A stretch of 61,719 nucleotides of DNA from a virus (lineage: Duplodnaviria > Caudoviricetes): IMG/VR virus record IMGVR_UViG_3300045999_005102, positions 1 through 61,719 of that record. The stretch is one strand, 5' to 3'. The notes beneath the pieces are model-generated. The model saw only the letters and a list, made by a program, of their open reading frames with translations, was not told the DNA's origin and did no database searches. Shown here piece after piece: positions 25,686 through 32,809 of the stretch. Made by a program: the position numbers and the translations under genes. Numbering within the stretch: the first letter of the stretch is position 1; every line of letters starts with the position of its first letter.

Positions 25686-26068
25686 GCTGCCCCCTTGGAT
25701 CGGATCACGTCGTCGGCTATTGCGACCGCCTCGCCGGGGTTCAGCAGTTTCTCCAGGGCATCCCGTCCAATGGGCTGGCCGTTGTGCTCAATGGCCCAGT
25801 AGATCGGTTCAAGGTCGTGGTCATCCTTGTACATAGTGCCGTCTGAACTCCAACCATCGACCATGGCGAAGTAAATCGTGTCCACGATGCCGTCGGGCCA
25901 ATCCTCCCAATGGTTGTGGTCGATTTCCTCTGAGACTTCCTGAGTCACGCGGGGCAGGATGCTGACGGTCAATTCAGACCCGTGGAAGTATTCCACCGGG
26001 GCAGTGAACATCGGGTAACGCGAGTCGTTAATTCTGAGTTTGAACTCAGTGTCTTGTGTGGTGGTCAT
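25682..26068 (-). CDS. Acidic hypothetical early protein
   Basis: ATGA-coupled; lower GC than the genome. Confidence 0.7.
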   Translation of the reverse strand: MTTTQDTEFKLRINDSRYPMFTAPVEYFHGSELTVSILPRVTQEVSEEIDHNHWEDWPDGIVDTIYFAMVDGWSSDGTMYKDDHDLEPIYWAIEHNGQPIGRDALEKLLNPGEAVAIADDVIRSKGAA

Positions 26069-26541
26069 GCTGCTTTGCTCCCGTCTTCGTAGAACTCGAA
26101 CCCGTTCAAATCAAGGTCTTCGTCCACTGCCGCATCGGTCAGTCGGTACTCCATGTCATCGCGCCAGCCACGGAAGCCAGCATCTAGCGCTTCTTCAAAT
26201 GCCTGCTTGGCGTTGCCTGTGTTCTTGAACACGAGGTAGAACGTCTGCCACAGATCGCAGTCAAGGTAGTACCCCGTTGGCATGTGGTCGTAACTGAAGT
26301 CCTTGAGCTTGAGCCCTCTGAAGTTTTCGTTGCTGGCGTCGTGCCGGTACTCGATGGGGCTGTGTGCGGACACAGACCAGTCCGTGATGCGCACCCCGAA
26401 GTGCTCACAGAACTTGTCGATGCTGTGCTTCTCGTCGGTGCCATCGAAGTCGATGGTCTCGCGCCACCAAGCCCGAGCCTTGTCCTTGGCCGCGTCCGGC
26501 AGTTCCTCGAACCGGTAGAGGTTGAGTGTGATGCTTCTCAT
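26065..26541 (-). CDS. Hypothetical early protein (Y.F.EL...AK.KAR.WW family)
   Basis: N-terminal YRFEELPDAAKDKARAWW and C-terminal NGFEFYEDG, a pattern seen in phage and plasmid early regions. Confidence 0.75.
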   Translation of the reverse strand: MRSITLNLYRFEELPDAAKDKARAWWRETIDFDGTDEKHSIDKFCEHFGVRITDWSVSAHSPIEYRHDASNENFRGLKLKDFSYDHMPTGYYLDCDLWQTFYLVFKNTGNAKQAFEEALDAGFRGWRDDMEYRLTDAAVDEDLDLNGFEFYEDGSKAA

Positions 26542-26798
26542 ACCGCCCCCCTCATCAATGCCGCTTGGTGCGGGCCGTAGGAGCGTTCGAGGTCGTCGGT
26601 CGTGGCAGTGTCCTGGTAGTGCTCATCTGCCCCACCATCCGGAACCCACACCCAGGCCTGAACCCAGGCCCCGCCGTCGCCCTCGGACACCAGGGCATCG
26701 TCGTCAATCTCGATGTCGTCGTCCGAGTACATCTCCCTGGCCTCGTCGATCTGGTCAGGGGTCGCCCGGGGGCGATCGTCTGTCGTTGCTGCATCCAT
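26538..26798 (-). CDS. Highly acidic small early protein
   Basis: GAAGGAAG leader; SDDDIEIDDDA and WVQAWVWV. Confidence 0.7.
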   Translation of the reverse strand: MDAATTDDRPRATPDQIDEAREMYSDDDIEIDDDALVSEGDGGAWVQAWVWVPDGGADEHYQDTATTDDLERSYGPHQAALMRGAV

Positions 26799-26926
26799 CG
26801 GTACTTCCTTCCTTCGTTACTTCGGCGCGCCAATCGCACCCCCGAGGGCCCCGCAAGGCCCAAGGGGCTAGGATCAAGTCAGCACGTAGTCGCTCATGTT
26901 CAGGCCGCGAACGTCTTGTGTGGTGG

Positions 26927-27139
26927 TCATGCCCCCCTCCCCAAAGTCGCCCGCTGGGCCAAGGCTTGGCTGACCTCTCCGGCCTCCTGCATGGCATCCA
27001 GCCAATCGACAAACGCCACGCGGGTGTCAGTCGGGTACATCTTGCCGTTGCCGCTGTAGTCGCGGATGCGCCTGCGCGGCAGGCCGGGATGCTGGGCCCA
27101 GAAGACCCGCCTCAATTCGCGTTGGGTGGTGATGGTCAT
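26927..27139 (-). CDS. Hypothetical early protein
   Basis: MTITTQRELRRVFW...TDTRVAFVDWLDAM; ATGA-coupled. Confidence 0.7.
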   Translation of the reverse strand: MTITTQRELRRVFWAQHPGLPRRRIRDYSGNGKMYPTDTRVAFVDWLDAMQEAGEVSQALAQRATLGRGA

Positions 27140-27255
27140 GCGTCCGCCCCCTTCGCCACCTCGCACCGCAGCCGCACGGGCCAGCAGGTGGCGCATTTGA
27201 AACCTCGCCCGTGCGGGCAGGTCGGGCACTTATTGGGGGGTTGTGTCGTGTTCAT
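27136..27255 (-). CDS. Small Cys-rich peptide (39 aa)
   Basis: CPTC...CATC; GAAGGA leader; ATGA-coupled downstream. Confidence 0.5.
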   Translation of the reverse strand: MNTTQPPNKCPTCPHGRGFKCATCWPVRLRCEVAKGADA

Positions 27256-27335
27256 GCTTCAGTCCGTCCTTCGGTTGCGTGTCGGGGTGACACTGGTCAG
27301 GCTCGGGGCCTGACCGCTGCCACCGCAGCGGGGCT

Positions 27336-27530
27336 CTACCAAGCCCGGGTCTTCACAACCCGCTCCCCCTCGCGCAGGGTCACGGCCCGGATGTCCCCAA
27401 CTTGGTCCCGGGGCCCGTACACAGCGGCCCAGGTGGCATCGACATAGGCCTCGTGGGCCTCGTCGGCGTCGGGGTACTCGGACACGATGGGCGGACCATC
27501 GTAGTAGGCCACCGTCACGGTATGGGTCAT
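27336..27530 (-). CDS. Hypothetical early protein
   Basis: ATGA-coupled. Confidence 0.65.
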   Translation of the reverse strand: MTHTVTVAYYDGPPIVSEYPDADEAHEAYVDATWAAVYGPRDQVGDIRAVTLREGERVVKTRAW

Positions 27531-27751
27531 GCTGCACCCCCGGTGGCAGTCCCGAAGATGATTTCTCGGATGGCACTGAACCCGTCATCGAGCCGCATAA
27601 GGCGAACGGCAGCAGGGGTACTGTCGTCCATCAGCAAGACGGCCAAGGCCAACCTTGCCCGGGCCATGTCTTCAATGACGTTGAGCGAAAGGTACGGCGC
27701 GGCTTTGCGGGCCTCCCGTACCGCATCGCGAGCAAGTTGTGTTGCGGTCAT
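27527..27751 (-). CDS. Hypothetical early protein
   Basis: GGAGG RBS; ATGA-coupled. Confidence 0.65.
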   Translation of the reverse strand: MTATQLARDAVREARKAAPYLSLNVIEDMARARLALAVLLMDDSTPAAVRLMRLDDGFSAIREIIFGTATGGAA

Positions 27752-27951
27752 GCCCTGCCCTCCGCCCAATCGGCCACCACAGCCGCACCCCAGCCGCAGC
27801 CCAGGCACAGCCCAGCACCGGCCACAGCCAGCACCGGGTGAATGCCCGAGCCATCGGTCAGGTAGGACGCACCCAGCAGGGCCAGCAGGCCAGCCCCCAC
27901 CATCGACAGGCCCAGGGTCGCCCAGGCCATCCAGCACAGGGCCCGGGTCAT
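27748..27951 (-). CDS. Small membrane protein
   Basis: Two hydrophobic segments; ATGA-coupled. Confidence 0.6.
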   Translation of the reverse strand: MTRALCWMAWATLGLSMVGAGLLALLGASYLTDGSGIHPVLAVAGAGLCLGCGWGAAVVADWAEGRA

Positions 27952-28133
27952 GCTGCACCCCCCACCGGGCGACGCAGAATCTCCAGCACATCGTCTCGAA
28001 CGCCTTCAGTGACCAAGTCCCATGCGGCGTACTGCCGACGGGTGAACTCGTTCCAGTCGATACGGTTGGCGGTCACGTCGGCCACGTTCTGATTGATCTT
28101 CGCGGCAATGGTGGCGGCATCGGTCTTGGTCAT
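27948..28133 (-). CDS. Hypothetical early protein
   Basis: GGAGG RBS; ATGA-coupled. Confidence 0.65.
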   Translation of the reverse strand: MTKTDAATIAAKINQNVADVTANRIDWNEFTRRQYAAWDLVTEGVRDDVLEILRRPVGGAA

Positions 28134-28453
28134 ACCGCCTCCCCTTGCGTCACCCTCTGGTCATTGAAGGGCAGCGCCGCCCGCATGGTGGCGATCCACA
28201 CATCCAGGTCGGCCACAGCCGCCTCGGCCTGACCGCGCCGGTAGGCCTTGCCCGTGATGGCCCCGGCTGCCGCCAGCATCTTCGTGGGCCCAAAGCCCCG
28301 GGTCGGAATCAGGCCGGTCTTGGCATGCAGGCGGATGGCCGCCCGCAATTGGATGGCCCGGTAGAAGGCCATCCCGTCCCGCCCGGAAACGCACACGGCG
28401 CCTCCCTTGGTGATGGTGATCTCGGAGTCGTCTCTGATGCTTGCCGTGGTCAT
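28130..28453 (-). CDS. Hypothetical early protein
   Basis: GGAGG RBS; ITGKAYRRGQ. Confidence 0.7.
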   Translation of the reverse strand: MTTASIRDDSEITITKGGAVCVSGRDGMAFYRAIQLRAAIRLHAKTGLIPTRGFGPTKMLAAAGAITGKAYRRGQAEAAVADLDVWIATMRAALPFNDQRVTQGEAV

Positions 28454-28593
28454 GCTGCCCTCCGCGCATCCAGCCATGCCTTGGCCTCTTCCCGGCTGTC
28501 GAACCGGCCACCTAGCGGCGTCTGGTGCGGCCCACGAACCACGAACCAGCCGCCAAGCAGCCGGTTGTGAACGATCCTGATTCCTGTCTTCAT
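28450..28593 (-). CDS. Small early protein (47 aa; not in the ORF track)
   Basis: MKTGIRIVHNRLLGGWFVVRGPHQTPLGGRFDSREEAKAWL; AAGGAAGG leader. Confidence 0.65.
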   Translation of the reverse strand: MKTGIRIVHNRLLGGWFVVRGPHQTPLGGRFDSREEAKAWLDARRAA

Positions 28594-28666
28594 ACTTCGG
28601 TCCTTCCTTGCTTCAGCAGTGCCACCATGGCCCCACTGACAAACCCCCGGGGGCTTGTCGCTGGGG

Positions 28667-29047
28667 TCACGCTGCCTTGCGCCAGATCACGACCTCCCAC
28701 TCGCCCACCCAGGGGTCATACGCACAGTCGGCGTACTGTCGCGGGTTGACCGCGTAGTCGATGCCACCCTCGATTGACAGCATGTCGGCCCCAAGCCCGA
28801 ACCGGGCTTCCTCGACCGCAGCCAGCAGACTCTTCAGCGTGCCGTCCCAAGGCCAGCACTCGGCTTCCCCCGCGACCAGTTCACCGCCTCGCATGGCCCG
28901 CAGGTGCCGACCACGGCTGTGGTAGCTACCCCGACCACAGTCGCGCCGGGCTTCGGCTAACGCGGCTTGGTAGCCATCGCTGCAGGCAGACTTAACGTCC
29001 GTCAGGTTGTTGAACAAGGAACCAGTCGGGAATGTGTTGTTGCGCAT
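28667..29047 (-). CDS. First gene of the leftward early array, hypothetical
   Basis: GAAGGAAG leader; downstream of an AT-rich promoter-like segment. Confidence 0.7.
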   Translation of the reverse strand: MRNNTFPTGSLFNNLTDVKSACSDGYQAALAEARRDCGRGSYHSRGRHLRAMRGGELVAGEAECWPWDGTLKSLLAAVEEARFGLGADMLSIEGGIDYAVNPRQYADCAYDPWVGEWEVVIWRKAA

Positions 29048-29094
29048 GTTCGTCTTCCTTCGTTGCCCCGCCCCTTGCGGGAACCCCGAGTGTA

Positions 29095-29124
29095 ATTAAA
29101 TAATCTGCAGTCGGATGCGGACAA
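29095..29124 (-). promoter_or_regulatory. Candidate early promoter
   Basis: Minus strand TTGTCC-N18-TTTAAT upstream of the array. Confidence 0.4.
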
Positions 29125-29254
29125 ACCCTAATCTGGCACGATTGTTGCTTTCGCGCCACAGTTTTGCCCGGGCCAGCTGGTCCAGGCCACCACCAGCCGG
29201 GCCGCAGCCGGGGCCTCCCCCACCCCCGCCCTTGCCCCGCCCTTGCCCCGCCCA

Positions 29255-29560
29255 ATGCACCGATTCACAGTCGATTCACAGGCCAGCAAGTGAACAGACG
29301 TGGTCAGGTAAGTTGTTGATTTGATTAGTATTTATATAAGACACATATATATATTCACTACTTCACTCTCTCCTACTCCCTCTCTCTCTTTCTCTATCTA
29401 TTTCCTACCCTTAATATTTACTTTATTAGGGTGAACCCGTGAAACCGTGAATTTTGACCCCCCAAACGCACGTAAGTCCTTGTCAGCATTCATCTTTTTG
29501 GCCTGGAACGGTTCACAAACGGGCTTGTGAACGACAGTGAACCGCCGTGGAAGCCCGTTG
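29255..29560. other. Candidate replication origin
   Basis: Most AT-rich tract in the window, a polypyrimidine run, about 11 GTGAA/TTCAC pentamers in both orientations, and a perfect IHF consensus at 29309-29321 (minus strand AATCAACAACTTA). Confidence 0.55.
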
Positions 29561-29611
29561 TCGGCTTGGTGGACACACGAAGGTGTCAACCCGGCTTGGC
29601 ATGTGCTCCAG

Positions 29612-29657
29612 GTTGACCACGACTCGACCCGAGGCCCACAATTGAGGCCAACTCGAC
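29612..29657 (+). promoter_or_regulatory. Rightward promoter candidate with two operator-like sites
   Basis: TTGACC-N18-CACAAT; GTTGAC-N5-CTCGAC at 29612 and ATTGAG-N5-CTCGAC at 29641. Confidence 0.5.
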
Positions 29658-29669
29658 TCGGACAACGTT

Positions 29670-30080
29670 ATGCAAGATGCGCATAGATCGGAGCTTCGTC
29701 AGCAAGGACGACTCATCCGATGGTCTCACTTGACAGTGTCTAGGGCACTCATGCCCGAACTGAAATGGCTGCACCACAGCCCCAACGGAGGCCTGCGATC
29801 GGGCTTCACCGGGGCCCAAATGAAGGCCCTCGGGTGCAAGGCAGGCTTCCCCGACCTCGTGCTCCCGGTGCGCCAACCCGGCTCGCTTGGCACAGTCCCA
29901 GGCCTCGCCATCGAAATGAAGACCGACACCGGCAGGACGAGCAGCCACCAGGACGACTGGCTCGCCCACCTGGACAACCAGGGCTGGACTACCCACGTCT
30001 GCCGCTCCGCCGACGAGGCCCGGGACATCCTCTGCCGCTACCTCGCGGTCGATCCCGCCACCGCTCCACCCTTGCCCTAG
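29670..30080 (+). CDS. VRR-NUC domain nuclease (resolvase-like)
   Basis: HHSPNGG.R, G.KAGFPDL and IEMK...GR.S..Q..W. Confidence 0.85.
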   Translation: MQDAHRSELRQQGRLIRWSHLTVSRALMPELKWLHHSPNGGLRSGFTGAQMKALGCKAGFPDLVLPVRQPGSLGTVPGLAIEMKTDTGRTSSHQDDWLAHLDNQGWTTHVCRSADEARDILCRYLAVDPATAPPLP

Positions 30081-30365
30081 ATGGTCACCGTCCGCGCCCG
30101 AGCCCGAGCCGCCCAGGCGGCACGCACCACCTACCGCGCCCGTGTCCTGGTTGTGGTGTCCACCGCCCAGGCCTGCCTTACCGGCCTGGAGATCGCCAGC
30201 CGCTCCGGACTCACCTACCGGCAGACCGTGGACGCCCTCGGCGCGCTCCACGACCAAGGCCGCATCGAGCGCCATGGCCGCAAGTTCTCGGCCCGATGGT
30301 GCCCGCTCCCAGACCCACAACCCAACCCCATCGCCCTTCTGGAGGCCATCTGGAGGCAAAAATGA
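30081..30365 (+). CDS. Winged-HTH-like protein (candidate late activator)
   Basis: LTGLEIASRSGLTYRQTVDALGALHDQGRIER. Confidence 0.6.
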   Translation: MVTVRARARAAQAARTTYRARVLVVVSTAQACLTGLEIASRSGLTYRQTVDALGALHDQGRIERHGRKFSARWCPLPDPQPNPIALLEAIWRQK

Positions 30366-30769
30366 CCACCCAGCACCCACCAGGACACGCAGAATCGCCC
30401 AAAACGCGCCCGGATTGCTCAAAAAAGCAGCAACCGACCCCCATTCCGGGCGCCTGCCCACCCCCTTCCATCCTCTCCGAGGCCGCCCGCATCGTCGATG
30501 GAGACCGCGAACACACCCACGGAGACCCCGGCCGCAACCTCCGAACCATCGCCAACCTCTGGGATTCCTGGCTCCTCGCACGCGGATGGTCCGGCCCAGG
30601 CCTCTCCACCGACGACGTTGCCCTCTTGATGGTGTTGCTCAAGGTCGCTCGCCTCGCCAACCAGCCCACCCACCGCGACTCCCAGGTGGACATCTGCGGC
30701 TATGCCCGCCTCCTCGAACGCATCCAAGCCTCGAATTCCACCCAGCCGGGTACGCTTGGCCGCACCTAA
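30362..30769 (+). CDS. DUF6378-like protein
   Basis: SILSEA..IV.GDR...HG.P..N...IA.LW, DVALLM.LLKVAR and H.DS.VDI.GYA; start at ATG 30362. Confidence 0.8.
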   Translation: MTTQHPPGHAESPKTRPDCSKKQQPTPIPGACPPPSILSEAARIVDGDREHTHGDPGRNLRTIANLWDSWLLARGWSGPGLSTDDVALLMVLLKVARLANQPTHRDSQVDICGYARLLERIQASNSTQPGTLGRT

Positions 30770-30875
30770 CCCCCCCACCACCAGGGGGGGAGGCCCCCGC
30801 GGCAGGGGGGGCGGGAAGATTTTTTTGTACCACCCCCCGGGCGCGGCGATTTTGAAAATCACCTAAAAATTCACC

Positions 30876-31373
30876 ATGATCGACATCCTTTCAGGCGGCA
30901 TATTCGGATCACTTCTAGGCGGCCTCTTTCGCCTAGCGCCCGAAGTGCTCAAGTTCTTCGACAGAAAGAACGAACGCCAGCACGAACTGGAGATGTTCAA
31001 GAACCAGTGCCAACTCGAAGCCCAGCGCGGATCGCAGAAGCTGCAGGAGATTGGTGCGCAGCACGGCATGGCGGTGGATGTCGGCGTGTTGGATGCCTTC
31101 AAGTCGGCCGTAGAGCAGCAGACGGAGATGGTCAAGGCGGCCGGTGGGTGGGTGGCTTCACTGAGCGCGAGCGTGAGGCCGATGGTCACCTACTGGATCC
31201 TGGCGCTGTGGTCGTTCGTGCATGTCTGGTTCGCCTGGAATGCGTGGCTTTTGGGGGCATCGCCCAAGGAAGTGTTCATTACCATGATGACCGCTGACTT
31301 CGCGGCCTTGGTCTCTGGCACGCTGAACTACTGGTTCCTCGACCGCACATTGAAGCAGCGGGGGCTGGCGTGA
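30876..31373 (+). CDS. Holin-like membrane protein
   Basis: SVRPMVTY followed by hydrophobic helices and YWFLDR; immediately upstream of the lysozyme. Confidence 0.6.
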   Translation: MIDILSGGIFGSLLGGLFRLAPEVLKFFDRKNERQHELEMFKNQCQLEAQRGSQKLQEIGAQHGMAVDVGVLDAFKSAVEQQTEMVKAAGGWVASLSASVRPMVTYWILALWSFVHVWFAWNAWLLGASPKEVFITMMTADFAALVSGTLNYWFLDRTLKQRGLA

Positions 31374-31400
31374 ACCTGGATCTGGCGTGAGGAGCACGAA

Positions 31401-31886
31401 ATGAACCTGGATCTAGCGGTGGCGCTGTGCAAGCAGTTCGAGGGCCTGCATCGACTCGGCAAGGACGGACTCATCTACCCCTACATCTGCCCGGCTGGAT
31501 ACCCCACCATCGGCTGGGGGACGGTCTACAAGCCTGACGGCAGCAAGGTGACCATGGAGCACCCGCCCATTACCCGCGAAACGGCTGACGCTTGGCTGAT
31601 CGAAGACCTGCGCAAGGTGTACGCCTCTGCGGTGATGCGTCAGTGCCCGGAGCTATTCGCCTGGAGCCTGACCAACGGCAACTGGCGGGCCTTCTGCGCC
31701 ATTGCAGACTTCACCTACAACCTGGGCACCGGCCGGTTGCAGACGAGCACGCTGCGCCGCAAGCTGCGGGCCCTGGATTGGGATGGAGCGCGGGAGCAAC
31801 TGGCGCTGTGGGTGCGCGGCGGTGGTCGGGTGTTGCCTGGGCTGGTCAGGCGCAGACAGGCCGAAGCGGCGTTGCTGGAAGTCTGA
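31401..31886 (+). CDS. Endolysin, GH24 phage lysozyme
   Basis: FEG...YICPAGYPTIGWG, FTYNLG.G.L..STL.RKL and LPGLVRRRQAE. Confidence 0.93.
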   Translation: MNLDLAVALCKQFEGLHRLGKDGLIYPYICPAGYPTIGWGTVYKPDGSKVTMEHPPITRETADAWLIEDLRKVYASAVMRQCPELFAWSLTNGNWRAFCAIADFTYNLGTGRLQTSTLRRKLRALDWDGAREQLALWVRGGGRVLPGLVRRRQAEAALLEV

Positions 31887-32809
31887 TGGCCGCACCGAAC
31901 AACCCGAACCCCAAAGGCACTCGCGTCAAGCGCACGCCCGGATACTTCCGAAAGCCCCGGCTCGACTCGAACATCACGAACGAGCAGGAGGCCTACTGCC
32001 GCGGCCGGGCCATGGGGATGGACATCACGGAGGCCCTCAGCGCGGCTGGGTTGAACGTCACTTACACGACGGCAAAGAATTGGGAGAAAAATCTCTCAGC
32101 GGTGCGCGACCGCATCCAGGAACTGGCCAACATCGCCACCAAAAACGCGATCATCAACACCCGCCTGGACCGGGAGTGGGTCATCAAGCGGTTGATGTCG
32201 GTGGTGGACCGGTGCATGCAGGCCGAGCCGGTGATGGACAAGAAGGGCGAGCTTACGGGCGAGTTCAAGTTCGACTCTGCCGGTGCCAACGCTGCGTTGA
32301 AGATGCTTGGTGACACGATGGGCATGTTCAAGCCCGCGGAAAAGAAGCCTGGGGATGAATATGCCGAACTCACCGACGATGACATTGCCAGAATCGCTGC
32401 GGAACTTGCCGCCCAAACAGGCCTTACTGAGGCTATTGCAGGAGCAAAAGAGGCGCCAGGACCGCAACAAGTTGTCGAGATACGCGCCCTACCTCAAGCA
32501 GATCGAGTTCCACAACGCTGGGGCGACGAAGCGGGAGAGGTTGTTCCGAGCGGGGAACCAGTTGGGGAAGACGTGGAGTTCGGCCTACGAGACGGCCTAC
32601 CACCTGACGGGGATGTACCCGGACTGGTGGAAGGGCAAGAGGTGGAGCCGGGGGGTGACGGGCTGGGCGCTGGGCGAGTCGATGGAATCGACCCGGGACA
32701 CGATGCAGCGCCTCATCATGGGTCGGCCGGGGGAGTGGGGGACGGGGTCGATCCCGATGGACCGGATCATCGAGGTCAAGCGCGCACAGGGGATCGCGGA
32801 CTCCATTGA
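31886..32809 (+). CDS. terS: Terminase small subunit with a long C-terminal overlap into terL
   Basis: TNEQEAYC, V..RIQEL, REWVIKRL..V.DRCMQAEPV and FDSAGAN.AL..LG...GMF; directly before terL. Confidence 0.82.
   Translation: MAAPNNPNPKGTRVKRTPGYFRKPRLDSNITNEQEAYCRGRAMGMDITEALSAAGLNVTYTTAKNWEKNLSAVRDRIQELANIATKNAIINTRLDREWVIKRLMSVVDRCMQAEPVMDKKGELTGEFKFDSAGANAALKMLGDTMGMFKPAEKKPGDEYAELTDDDIARIAAELAAQTGLTEAIAGAKEAPGPQQVVEIRALPQADRVPQRWGDEAGEVVPSGEPVGEDVEFGLRDGLPPDGDVPGLVEGQEVEPGGDGLGAGRVDGIDPGHDAAPHHGSAGGVGDGVDPDGPDHRGQARTGDRGLH

Noticed and set aside
20172-29130. Shared 10-mer ACAAACCCTA upstream of cI (20172) and of the early array (29121)
   Set aside because: Two copies of a 10-mer are expected by chance in 62 kb; suggestive context but insufficient alone.
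29765-30361. N-terminal extension of the 334-aa ORF
   Set aside because: It overlaps two better genes in other frames; the recognisable domain starts at ATG 30362.
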